Shown here one piece after another: positions 25,226-39,290 of a stretch of 64,000 nt of DNA (positions within the stretch are counted from its first letter, which is position 1; each line of letters starts with the position of its first letter). The notes below the pieces were generated by a model that did not search any database, was not told where the DNA came from, and saw only the letters and a list, made by a program, of their open reading frames with translations. The stretch is from the NCBI GenBank assembly GCA_964016885.1, contig OZ024743.1:329158001-329222000 (forward strand), in the 5' to 3' direction. The position numbers were made by a program, and so were the translations under genes. This DNA comes from Eledone cirrhosa. Taxonomy: Eukaryota.

Positions 25226-28063
25226 AGAGAGATTAGATTAGTCTCGATAGAATTTAGTAAGGTTCTAGCTGCGGATAGGAATAGGAAGGAAAGGGAGCTG
25301 ATAGATAGAGTAGAAGAGGCAATTAGAAGCGGCGACGTGGCCAGAGTGCTAGCGTCGAGAATGGCTTTGAGCCAGTTTTTCGACGCGAAGCACGAAGGCT
25401 GCGTTGTCCGAACTAAAATACGTGCTCTAGGGAACGAGGAGACTAAAGCTGTTAGCTGGACCCGCGTGACAGAAGCCAAGAGTGGAACTAAATCCACCAT
25501 CCGGTCTTTGCGAGACCAGGATGGACGGGCGATCCTTGAACCTAAGCAGATGTGTGAGGCCTTTCAAAAGCACTTTGCCCGATTGATCGGAAGGGGCGGG
25601 GAGCTGGTTGGGGATGTGGACTTCGGTCCATACCTCGACGGCCTGCCGCGCCTCTCGGACAGGGAGGCGAAGTCCTGCGAGGAGCCGATTTCAGCCGCTG
25701 AGATAGAGGACGTGCTGAGCCAATGCGGCAAAAGCAAATCCCCGGGTCTCGATGGTCTTCCATACGAACTATATCTAGCTATGCCGGACTTGTTCCCCGA
25801 TCTCCTCGAGGCGGTCTACTGCAACTGGCAACAGAACGGGAGAATTCCCTGTGCTGTGACCAAGGGCGTAGTCACGCTAGTGAGGAAGGACGAGAACAAG
25901 GGGGACGAAATAAGTAACTTCAGGCCCATAACTCTGCTAAATACAGAGTTGCAGATTTTGACCAAGGTGCTAGCAAAGAGGTTGGCGCTTGTCGTGGGCA
26001 CCCTGGTGGGAGATGCGCAGACATGTGCTATCCCGTCCAGATCCATCCATGACAACCTCCACCTCATGCGATACATCATAGAGAGGGTTGGGAACGAACC
26101 CGGCTTTGGTGGGGCTCTGATCAACTTGGATCAATCTAAGGCGTTCGATAGGGTCGACCATGGTTACCTGGATGCGGTGCTAGCGGCGGCAGGCTTCGGA
26201 CCCGTTTTCAGGGGCTGGATCACTGCTATGCACAGCAGCCGCATCTGCTCTAGAATCAAGGTGAACGGCTACCTCTCGGAGCCGTTCGAAATCGCGCGGT
26301 CCATCCGACAAGGGTGTCCTCTCTCCTCCCTTCTGTATGTATTGACTCTCGAGCCACTACTGCGGAAGTTGGAGTTGTTGCAGGGCATCCCTTTGGAACC
26401 GGGATTGCGGAAAGCGGTGTCGGCCTACGCCGATGACGTGACAGTAATGGTGTCGACGGCCTCGGAAATCGGGCGATAGGCACGTTACTGGAGGAGTACG
26501 AAAGGTTCACAGGGGCTAAGCTGAACCGGGACAAGTCGATCGGTTTGCAACTCGGCACATGGAGGGGCAAACCGATGCCCTCCGATGGCGGCGTCGGACG
26601 CTGGACGGAGGGCCCGGTGAAGTTGCTCGGGGTCTGGTTCGGACCAGACCTCCAGGTGGAGAAGAACTGGGCGGAGGTTACGAACAGGGGGTTTGCACTG
26701 ACCCAGAAGTGGGCCAGTTGCAAACTATCCCTGAAAGGTCGGGCGGAGGTGGCGAACACCTATATAGCGTCCGTCATCTACTACCGCCTGACCGTCGTGC
26801 CTTGCCCAAGGGAAACCCTCGCCAAGATGGAGCGCGCGCTCTTCCAATTCCTTTGGAAGAGGCGGGCTCCTATGGTGAGGAGATCCATCTGCTGTCAACA
26901 CCCTTCGAAAGGAGGGCTGGGGATGCCCTGGCTAATGATGCGTAAACACGCATTAAGGCTACGGCACCTCCACGTATTCCTCACCGGTCAACCGGTGTGG
27001 GCCCCGTTTGTGAGACGAACCTTTCCCAGACTCGTCTCACTCACCGAGCTGCAATACTGGGTCAAGCAAAGACCGAGAAAACTGGACGCCTGGAACACTG
27101 AGTGTGCCCAGGCGCTCACCATCCTCTGGCAGGCGGATCGGGCTATCAGTGGAGACTCCACCGCAACATTCTATAGAGGGCTGGTACGCAGCAGGTGCGA
27201 CGACGCTCTCGGAGAAGCCCTAGACATAGAGGAAGACGAACTGGCCAGCCTGTTTGGTAGGACATTCAGTCCGGGACCTATGGACAACTCCCAGAAGTCT
27301 CTGGCCTGGCAGTGCTACCGAGGGGCTCTACCCGTTCGAGAAAAGCTCTACAGACACGGGCGCCCGGGTAGGGACCCCGCCAAAAAGATCTGTTCCAGAT
27401 GCCTGTGCGACGAGGAAACCGTTGCACACGCATTGGTACACTGCTCGGGCGTAGCCGATCTGTGGGGCTATGTCGAACAACTGCTGTCAAGGGTGGGACC
27501 GATCCGGTTGACCACCGAGTCTATTGTAACGATCAAGCCGCCTCCCCCCTTCAAAAATGAAGGAGAAGCGGTGTTTCTGTGCGTAATAGCCATGGTGAAA
27601 GAGGTTGTATGGTGGACGCGTCTGAAAGGGCTGAGGTCAGGCACCTTTCTCTCTGGCCAACAACTGGTCCGTTTCTTCCGATATCATTTCGGAAGAAGGA
27701 TCAGGATGGAGAGAGAGGTGCTCCACCCCAGTCGTTTTTATGAAAGGTGGGTGAAAGTGGCGAGAATGGCCCGTGTGAATGGGCCTTCTCTTTACATAAG
27801 CCTGTAGGTGGAAAAGAGGAAGGAACGAGGGAGCACCCTCTCTCTGTGCTCCTGAGGAGAAGGGGTTGCACACTTTTTTCGGGGGTGTGTGTGACCCCCC
27901 CCCCCCCCCCCCCCCAAACGCCCCCTCCCTATTGAGGACTTATTGTTAAGTTTATTGTTAATTTTATATTTGTTATATAATTTCTTTACTCGCCTTTTCC
28001 TGTAAACTCCCCCATTGTACTTGTCCCACTTTTTGATGCCCTGGTGGCAAATAAAAAGAAACA
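25226..28063 (+). mobile_element. 5'-truncated second Tx1-type copy (diverged subfamily), frameshift near 26470, ends in (TATC)n
   Basis: ORFs 25337-26479 and 26545-27807 are collinear with ORF2 of the first copy (DQSKAFDRV, YADD, CSRC..HALVHC). It begins directly after the TATC tract and ends with AATAAA then TATC repeats. Confidence 0.9.
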
Positions 28064-28977
28064 TCTATCTATCTATCTATCTATTCATCTATCACTATCA
28101 GCTATCTCCTCTGAACAATGAAGCTGAGTACAATCTTTTCCCCACGCCGCCTCACACCACCCTACACCTCAATACAATTCTACACCATTCTAGACCCTCA
28201 CACACCCCATAATATTCTATACCCTCCACATTACCCCATAATACTCAATGCAAACCGATACGAATAGAGGCCACCCTGCACACTGTATACCACCCGAAGC
28301 CACCCCCATATCTGTCGTTTAGTCTGCTAGAAACAGCAACCAGATGAGTCACATGTCTGAACAAATTCAACGCAATCATTAGATGTAGGGTTCGATCCCA
28401 TTGCGTGCAATCTTGTGAAATACTAAGTCTAAAGTCTGTCGCGTGTGCGAAGCTCATCAGGCATCAGGCCGGTGCTTAACCTGGTTTCATGGCGTTAAGT
28501 GACTGAGAGTACAAGGCTCCCCCCACCCTGAACAGGATGTCTGTCCATCGTCGGGTTTAACCCCTAGGTTTTGCTGCTGGTGTATATTTTCATCTGAGTA
28601 TGATGGAGCAACGTGAAATGAAGTATTTTGTTCAAGGACACAACACACAACCAAGTCCAGGTTTCGAACTCACGAAATCATTTATGGTCGTAAGAACGAC
28701 ACACATACCACTAAGCCACGTGTGTGTGAAAGTGGGTGGATGGAAACTACTTAGAAGCCCATCAGATAGACTGTACCTATTGTTTAAAAAAAGGACAGCC
28801 GTGTCACACACTGCTTCATTGAATCTCCTTGAGAATTATTTGAAGCAGAAACCTGTCTAAGACCATAATAATATTGCTGGCTGTTCTTTTGATCGAACAT
28901 CTCGAGACACATCGTCGAAACTGACCGAAATCCATTCCATATATCATATGATAAAAACGTTCTTGTAAGCTACAGTG

Positions 28978-29230
28978 TGAAGGTGCGTGGCTTTGTGGAT
29001 AGGGTGTTTGGCTCACAAACATAAGGTCGTGAGTTCGATTCTCAGCGGCGCGTTGGGTTCTTGAGCAAGACTCTTTAATTCACGTTGCTCCAGTCCACTC
29101 AGCTGGCAAAAATAAGTTGTATCTGTAATTGGAAGGGCCAGTCTTGTCACATTCTGTGTCACGCTGAATCTCCTTGAGAACTACGTTAATTGTACGCGTG
29201 TCTGTGGAATGTTCAACCACTTGCATATGT
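28978..29230 (+). mobile_element. tRNA-derived SINE, family B (also ~30843-30975 +, ~36705-36950 +, ~28480-28700 -)
   Basis: A-box-like TGGCTTTGTGG and B-box GAGTTCGATTC, followed by shared TTGAGCAAGAC..TTCACGTTGCTCCAGT. Confidence 0.7.
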
Positions 29231-32124
29231 GATCGGATCACCTGGAACACTCGTCGTAATCGATGAAGTGTCAATTAAGAAGCTACAGTAAGATTTTGTA
29301 TTCCATTTGCTGTTGGTAGAGGCTTGAACTCAGAACATAGAACACCGTAATCTCTGAAAATACTGCTTTTGGTATTTTGAGAGACGTTTTAAAAATTCTG
29401 TAAAATCTACTGCCACAACATGATGAAGATGACAAAGACGTAAGTGGTAATGATAACGAAGGATTAGGAGAAGTGTGGTGGAGGAGAAGGAGGAGGAGAA
29501 AGAGGAAGAAGAAAAAGAAATAGAAGGAGGAAATGATGGAAGAGGAGAAGGTAGAAGAGGAAAAGGAAGAGGGTGTAGGTAATTTAGTTTCTCCACTGTT
29601 TGACCCCCAACTGCGCTGAAATAGTTCACGAGAAAATGTTTGGTTAGATTTCTCAGAGACTGTGTCAAATAAGCTATTAAGAGATCAACTATCACCATTG
29701 AGAGAGGCGGGAGAGAGAGAGAGAGAGAGAGAGAGTGAGGGGGAGTATTAATAGTAATATAGGGTGTCTGGAGGAGAGAGAGTGGGCTAGTGGGGAAAAG
29801 TCGTAACAACACAACAACGAGGATCTCTCTAGTTGTTTGCTTCTTGTCTTTCTTACTCTGTAGGAATTCCTACGAGATTCCATCAAATGGCTTGTATCTA
29901 TCTTTACATCTCAGCTTAAAACAATCATCTGAAGCCGGCTGTGAATTCAACAAGAAGCTGTGCTGGGTGGTACCAACAACTTTCAAATGACAGGGTGGTA
30001 CTCCAACATGGCCATAGTCTAATGTCTGAAACCAGTAAAAGAATAGGTAACCTGACAGATGTTTATTTTTGAGAAAAGCTAGATTAGTTAGAAGTAAATC
30101 TATTCCACATGCCACCACTATAAATGCAGCTAAAGAGACAGCTAGCCTCGTGGACCCGGCAGACAGCATGAAGATTGTCCCGAGGGACGGCGAGGAAGAT
30201 GCACAGGATCAGTCACTCCATCTCGCGGGATTTACACTTGCGGGTAGTCAGCATCACCATAAATGTATTTTAGAAAAATCTAGATATAAGAATCTTTAGA
30301 TTTCTTGCTTCGGTACCGAGTGAGTAAACGCTACTGATGATGGATTAACGATCCTGAAAGACTCACGTGGTTACTGGGGTAGCTGTGACATGACCACAAA
30401 TTAAAATACCTATAGCGAGACGTATATATGTTTATGTATCATAAACATATTCTATATACATTGGTATACGGCACTATTTAAAAACATAAAAGTCGATATA
30501 TGGCTGGAGTTGTTCTAAGTACACCCAGTTTGGTGTGGTGGCTGCGAAGATAACAGAAGAAGAACCGAAACGTGCTATAATTTGGGCCAAAATAAGACAG
30601 ACATCTCAACTCTTTGTATCATCAATGCTGTTCTGCACCGCTGCAGGGAGTGAAACTGTTGGTAGATGTCGATATCTCCAGTGGTCGGCTGATAGGATGC
30701 TCTGCAGTGAAAGATCTATATAAAATATACAGTTTCTCCCTTCCTTTTTTCTCTTCTTCGTACTTTTTAATACATTCATTATTGTATATTTGTTTTACTA
30801 AAGAAATGTTTTGTTAATAACCTCGCTGTATTTTTCTGACTTGTGAAGGCGCATGGTTTAGTGGTTAGAGCATTGGGCTTGCAATCGTAAGGTTGCAAGT
30901 TCAATTTTCGGACCGCGTGATGTGTTGTTTCCTTGAGCAAGACACTTTATTTCACGTTGCTCCAGTTTACTCAGATGATAGGACTGGGTCCCTATTATTA
31001 AATCACCCAAGACACCTCCAACGAGATATACCTTGGAGGAGGCCAGCTAAACCTGCATAGGTGTGAGCAAGAACAACAACATTTTTCAGACTCTAGAAAC
31101 TAGTTTAATAATGACAGAGTCCTTCATTGGTGTATATGTTTATTTCTCTGTTGCTATTAGACTATCTTCTGTAGTAAAAAGAAAAAAATACGGTGAAGAT
31201 ACTAAATCGATTACATTTTCAGATAGCGAACTTCACCGTGAAATCGGAACTTAAGCAGCCTGATTGAGGAAGGAACCCAGCGAGGTGGGGTGGCTGTTGC
31301 AGCGGGTGTCGTTGGCCCGTGTCCTTGGAAATTCCTTTACCATTTTGTCCACGGAGCGAAGCTGAAACACCGCCCCGCTCTCGGCATAGATCCTATCTCC
31401 CTCTCTCTTTCCTCCTCTCTTTCTTCCCTAGCCTAATAGTCCTTGCTCTTTCCCTCTTTTTCTCTAATTTACCCCTTTTTTACCCCTTCTCCCTTTTTTT
31501 ATTACTTAAATTTTCTTTTTATCTTTTTTGTTTCGTATTTCCATCATTGTATAACTCCTGTCTGTAAATTATAGTTGACATAATATGTTTATGTATAACA
31601 GATAATAACATTTCTTTACGTGAAAGAGAGAGAGAGAGAGTGAGAGAGAATGAGAGAAAGAGAGGGGAAGTATTTACCTCAGAGTTCGACTGGTACGTTA
31701 TCGACTTTGAGAAGATAAAAGTACACTTGACCTTGATAGGATTTGAACTTAGAGCACAGAGAGCCAGACAACACCACAGCACTATGCCAATTCATCTCCT
31801 ATCTGTATTGCTAGAAAGTGAAAGCTATATAAAAGAAGACAAGCAAGGAATGGTTTTTTTCTCTGACATTATCGATATATTTGAAGCGGCTACATCAATA
31901 TGTTACTAAAGGCGGTATTTGTGTCATTATAAGGCAAATATATTGGAGAAAGGAGAGAGAAAGAAACTACCATGGCTTATCTTAAAGTAACAATCAATAA
32001 GTCAACTACGATGCTGAAGCCAGACAGTTTATAACTGAAGCCATCTAAGTAATACTGAAAATTCAATGTCTCAAATACTACCAGAAGACATGTTGCCGCA
32101 AATCACTGCAGACGTTAACTGCTT

Positions 32125-32530
32125 TTGACCAGACGTTGTTTACAAACCGTTGACCAGAGGTTGTTTATAAACTGTTGACCTGGCGTTGTTTACAAGCTGT
32201 TGACCAGAGGTTGTTTACAAGGTGTTGACCTGGCGTTGTTTACAAGTTGTTGAATAGAGGTTGTTTACAAGGTGTTGACCTGGCGTTGTTTATAAGGTAT
32301 TGACCTGGTGTTGTTTATAAGCCATTGACCAGAGATTGTTTACAATGTGTTGGCCAGAAGTTCTTTATAAGCTTTTGACATGGCGTTGTTTGCAAGGTGT
32401 TGAACAGAGGTTCTTTACAAGCTATTGACCAGAGATTGTTTACACACCATTGACTAGACGTTAACAAATGTTGACCAGAGGTTCTTTACAAACAGTTGAC
32501 CAGACATTGTTTTCTAGCTATTGACCAGGT
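32125..32530. repeat. 25-bp minisatellite (~16 copies)
   Basis: TTGACCAGAGGTTGTTTACAAG..-type units in tandem. Confidence 0.85.
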
Positions 32531-32856
32531 CATCTGGTTCTTACAGCCTTAATACTAATTAACGAGGGATAATTACAGTTGCATGATTACGGAGCAAGCT
32601 AGAAGGTTCTTTATCATGCAAAATAGCTGAACATACACAGGATAGCTATCTCTAATAAATATATGAACATCTAAGAGAGAGAGAGAGAGGGGGAAGTGTG
32701 TGTGTGAAAGAGAGAGAGGAAGAGGAAAGGGGGAGAAGAAGAGATACGGGTGTGCGAGAGAGAAATAGGTGAGGGAGAGGGAGGATAAGATAGAGACAGG
32801 GATAGAGAAAGATAGAGACGGAAGGTGCGAGTGTGAGGAAGAGAGAGAGAGTAGGA

Positions 32857-32888
<32 letters not shown>

Positions 32889-32896
32889 GGAGAGAA

Positions 32897-32936
<40 letters not shown>

Positions 32937-33015
32937 AGAGAGAGATTGAAGGAAAGAGAAAATAATGAAAAAAACGTAAAAGAGGTCAAGCGACACCCTT
33001 AGTTATGTCGACATA

Positions 33016-34349
33016 CAGGGTGAGTAAAAAAGAAAAAAAGAAACTTGGCCCCGCGCACGTTTAGTGTCACTATATATTCATTTCCTATTCGATCTACCTT
33101 CAATTTCAGGACATGACAAATACAACGTCTGTGAAGACATCAAAACCTTAACGAGAGCTCCAGTCTTGGACTTTCTGTGTGAAACACTACCATAAGTGTG
33201 GCTTATAGAAGCAAGAACAGGAGGAATTCCATGGATTGTATGGAACAGACAAATCACTCTTCAAAGGCATTATACAACATTGGATGAAGTTTGAGATCTA
33301 TGGGACAGTGGAGAACCTTAACACAATGTCTGAGAACCGTTCTACCCCCTCTGGACGACACAGCAAGCGTACACAGGAAGCTGAAATGTTCCAAGAGTCT
33401 GTTAAACAGAGTCAAAAACGGTCGCTGCGCAGAAGTCAATCCTTGGTTCTCTCCAAAGAAACTTGTCAAAGGGTTGTCAAAGGGTATCTTAAGAAGTAAT
33501 CCTCAGAATACAAACTAAACAAAAGCTTACTGCTGTTGATAAAATCAAGAGAAAGACTATAACTGATGGATAAGTTGGGAAATAACACACATTTTCTTAA
33601 TCTGCTTGGGAACTCTGATGAAGCCCATTTTCATTGAGAGAGGAAGATCAACTCTAAGCATAATGTGTTTTAGGGGGTCAGAGAAACCCACTAAATTGGC
33701 TGTGAAACCTCTCTACACGGCTAAATGTACCATCCGGACTGCCACTCCTGAGAGAGGATTGATTGGCCCAATCCTCCTTGAAGTCATACATAAACGTTAT
33801 GTGGAGGTCCTGAAAGATTTCAAAAAGGTGCTACAGACCATTTGCCTATCTCTAATGAATAAGTTCTGATTTCAGCAAGATAGAACAAGCTCTCACACTA
33901 CCAATAAGTCGTGAGAATATCTAAAAAATAACTTTGGAAAACTTGTGATCAGTTTGAAGAATGATTTTGAGTGGGCCCCACACATCTCTGATTTAAGCTC
34001 CTTAGATTTTTTGTAGGGGGGGGGGGGGGGGCTAGCTGAAGGATAGGGTATATGTCAATAAACCCAGACCATCACTGAACTACAGGAAAGCATCATGGAG
34101 AAGATCAGAACCATCCTTAGGTCTGTGTGTAATGATGTTTTATACCCCCAAAAATGCATGGATTCAAATAGCTTCCACTTGATCATGTACTGAAACTCTG
34201 GAGAGAAGATTAAGAAGATAATGAATTTCTGAAATGGTTTTTTTAATGACTTGAGCTAAACATCTTCGGAGAGATATCAGTTTTTGTCAAGACATGAATA
34301 ATGTAGACAAAAATAAAAATTTGGCCAATTTATTTAAATCACATACCGT
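33016..34349 (+). pseudogene. Decayed Tc1/mariner-superfamily transposon with DD41D (rosa/VS-like) catalytic spacing
   Basis: Left end TA|CAGGGTG. Translation FQQD-RTSSHT...EWAPHISDLSSL-DFF gives 41 residues between the 2nd and 3rd Asp, then LKDRVY.NKPQTITEL. Contains stops and frameshifts. Confidence 0.75.
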
Positions 34350-34614
34350 ATAAAATTGGTCTGGAGTCACTTTGTTAGGGGAAATATATTAGTGAAGTGT
34401 TATTAATGATGATGATGATGATGATGAGGAGGAGGAGGAGGAGGAGGAGGGGGGGATAACGGTGGTGATGATGATGGTACTTTATCTTTTGTCGATCTCG
34501 AAACAATGGAAAGCAAAGTTGACTTCGGCAGGATTTGAAATGCATACATACATGCATACACACACATACACACATATATACAGTATATGTATATATGTAT
34601 ACACACAAACACAA

Positions 34615-34648
<34 letters not shown>

Positions 34649-35652
34649 TGTGTGTGTGTGTATAGTTAGTTAGTTAACCATGCTAACTAATTCATTTATT
34701 TAGTAATTGATTTATTCTCTCAGTCGTTCATTCATTTAAGTATTGTTGTATTATCCATTGGTTGACTTTAATCATACATGTCTGTCGTTACATAACTTCC
34801 TGTCCTTTCACACTCATTGTCTATTACATATTTTGCTTCTCAGTAACAGTTTTGTAACTTTTTCTTTATGAAAAAATTCTAGGATGTGGCTGTAGGATGG
34901 GGATTGGAAGGCTAGAGCAGTGAAGAAGCACATTATCTTCTGAAACACATTCTGTGCTTTCAGCTAAGTGAACTTGTCCATTAAGAGATCTAAGTGAGTT
35001 GGTCATGAAACACATAATAAGATACAAATTACAGGATACAAACTCTCGACCCGTTGGCTGTTTGTATTCCGTAATCTTTGAACTCATCTACCTGAAGCTG
35101 TCAAACTGGCAGTGTCTTCATATTAACCTTAATTGTCTCAATGACAACATTACAATGTAGTAGAAACGTTTCACCGAACTTTCACCATCAAATGTTTATA
35201 ATGCAGTCATAACTTTACCTTAGTAATCAATTTATAATTACTCTTCTAATCAATTACTCGGAAGTCAGTACATTCAATTATAACAAATTGTTCCAAATTT
35301 CGGGTTTATTGAAATATAAACACATTTTCCTCGTCTCCATTATTCTTTCATTTCATCTTCATTCAAATATTAAATCACTGAACAAAAATGTGATACATTC
35401 TAACCAGTAATAAATGTGATGTTGTGCCTCCATACTCCTACAAAATGTGACACATTCTAACCAGTAATAAGTAGTGTTGTGCCTCCATACTTCTACAAAA
35501 TGTGACACATTCTAACTAGTAACAAGTAGTATTGTGCCTCCATACTTCTACAAAATGTGACACATTCTTACCTGTAATAAGCGAGGTGTTGTGCCTCCAC
35601 ATACCTACTATATGTGACACATTGTACTAACCAGTAATAAATAATGTGTTGT

Positions 35653-35845
35653 GAGACTAGTCAACTCTCCCCGCCCGACGGGGAGATTTGCAATAGCATT
35701 TGGGGTTGGTGAGAGATGTCTTCTCTTATGATAATGGGTAAACTTTTATTATGTGAAATCTCCCCATTTTGCCTCAGTTCTCCTAGTTTTGGGGCACTTT
35801 TTTCATTGTACTCCCCGTTTGGGTTTTTAGAGATTGGCAAGTCTG
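35653..35845. mobile_element. Second copy (inverted) of the 3500-3696 MITE, 6-bp TSD TGTTGT
   Basis: Reverse complement of 3500-3696. TGTTGT lies on both sides, and neighbouring minisatellite units show the empty site. Confidence 0.8.
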
Positions 35846-35888
35846 TGTTGTGCCTCCATACTCCCACAAAATGTGTCACATTCTACTT

Positions 35889-36092
35889 TGGCAGTATTGG
35901 TAGAGGGTTGGACGCCATGCTTTGCAGCATAGAGTTACGACCCTTTATGATATGAGTTCAAATCCCAACGAGGTTAACTTTGCCTTATCCTTACGGGGTC
36001 GATAAAATAAAGTACCAGTCACGCACTGGGGTCGATTTAATCTACTTTCCCCTCCCCCAAAGTTGCTGGCCTTGTGCCTATATAAGAAACCA
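35889..36092 (+). mobile_element. tRNA-derived SINE, family A
   Basis: GAGTTCAAATCC..GGGGTCGATAAAATAAAGTACCAGT. Confidence 0.8.
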
Positions 36093-37034
36093 TTCTACTA
36101 ACCAGTAACAAATATGGTGTTGTGCCTCCACACTCGTAGGAAATGTGATACATTCCACTAACCAGTAATAAAGAAAGTGTTGTGTATCACCACTTTTACA
36201 AAATATGTTAGATTCTTCTCACCATTATAATATAGTGTAATCTACGCCGCCACTATATCAACAGCTCGGAACTTATCCTGGCTGGAATTCCACCCAAGCA
36301 TCGGTTAATGTTATCTGATTAACATCACGTAGTCATAAGATTCTTCTATATCTTCTGTCTTCCTATATCATTCTTGGATGGTTTCCAAAGGATATCGCCA
36401 CTACTACTTCTACATAGATGAGTGACTAAGAAAAAGAGCACTTATAATATATTCACAAAGCAGCGCAATACATCTATATATCTAAACTGACTGAAGTCTA
36501 GACACAATGGACGTTGAACTGCCATAATTGTAGTTTGAAACGAATGGATGATCAAATATAGAGAAATAAAGGGAGGTAATTTAAAATGTAATAAAATACA
36601 ATATAATATTCGAAATAGGAAACCGTGAGTGTTTATCAAAAGAAACGAATACAGAAATAGACCAATCTACTTGTAATCTAATTTAAGCTTACAAAATCTA
36701 TTGGACTGCGTGGTTTAGCGGTTCGCTTCTTAATCACCAGGTCTCGGGTTCAATTCTACTGTATAGAACATCACATTCTTTACAACACCTTCACATAAAC
36801 CAAAGCATTGTGAATGAAATATGGGGAGGAAGAAACTACGTAATAGCCCGTCGGATGGATTGTACCTGTAATTCAAGCGTCCAATCGTGTCACATTTTGT
36901 GTCATATTGATTCAGTTTGGAAATTACCTGGTTTCACCTGTCTGAGGAATAATAAATCAAGTGAATGCTAATCCTCGAAACTGACATTGCGCCTTTTTAA
37001 AAATAATTATTGATGATTCCTGACTACATCAGGC

Positions 37035-38330
<1,296 letters not shown>

Positions 38331-38446
38331 TATATATATATATTGAAGTTTCCATTGAAAATTGAAATAGTCAGAGGAATGAAGAGTGCTCTATGTAAGT
38401 TACAGAGCTAAATATTTAATGTATAATAAACAATACAATATAATTA

Positions 38447-38514
38447 CCTCATTACCAGAGGTTTCCCGAATAAGACGGATACAAGAAACATCCGCATTCG
38501 TTCGTCAGACAAGG
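38447..38514 (-). ncRNA. Type I hammerhead ribozyme, intact core
   Basis: Minus: CCTTGT-CTGACGA-ACGAATGCGGATG..TATCCGTCTTATTCGG-GAAA-CCTCTGG-TA-ATGAGG, with a GUA site. Confidence 0.75.
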
Positions 38515-38839
38515 CAATTTAAAACATAGTGAAATATTTGAAAAATCTTCTCAAGAAAGGCAAAAGTTTAACGGGCAAAAAAAATAAATAAAAGAGATAA
38601 TACAAGAAATGTATAAAAAATAAAAATAAAGAAATATAGTAAGGGGATGTGTGTAAATGTGTGTATATTCACATACATATGTACATATGTACATGTGTGT
38701 GTATGTACAACTTCATGTGTATAGTGAAAAAGTATGTGCGTAAGTACATTCATGAGGGCAAACATATTAATGTATGTGTGACCACAAATACGTTAGAGTA
38801 CATACAAACTCAGAGACTAAGGGTTGAAATATATACACG

Positions 38840-38927
<88 letters not shown>

Positions 38928-39290
38928 GAGAGAGAGAGGGAGAGAGAGAGATGAAAAGAACATTCAACATGACAAAAAAGTACATTACTAGAAATCATAT
39001 ACGTTTTAAAATAAATACGATGAGTTGAGTTCTCATTATGTAAACTAAACGACTAATTCTGGTTTTTAAAATAATCAACTAAGATAATCTTGAAACATTA
39101 CTGATTTTCCAATGCCAACCCACTATTATTTGGGACCCGAAATTATGAAAATAAACAGATTCCAAACCACAAGAATTAAATCTCCTCAAGAAATACAGAC
39201 ATGCATACATACATACATACCTACATACAAACATACATACATACATACATACATACATACATACATACATACATACATACATACATACAT

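Larger units (their letters stand above)
35385..36200. repeat. ~55-57-bp minisatellite interrupted by a MITE and a SINE
   Basis: AAAATGTGACACATTCTAACCAGTAATAAGTAGTGTTGTGCCTCCATAC units at 35385, 35442, 35497 and 35552, resuming after 35846 and after ~36092. Confidence 0.85.

Noticed and set aside
29300-31900. Possible host-gene exons in less repetitive sequence
   Set aside because: I found no recognisable protein motif or consistent exon frame. The short ORFs are compatible with chance.
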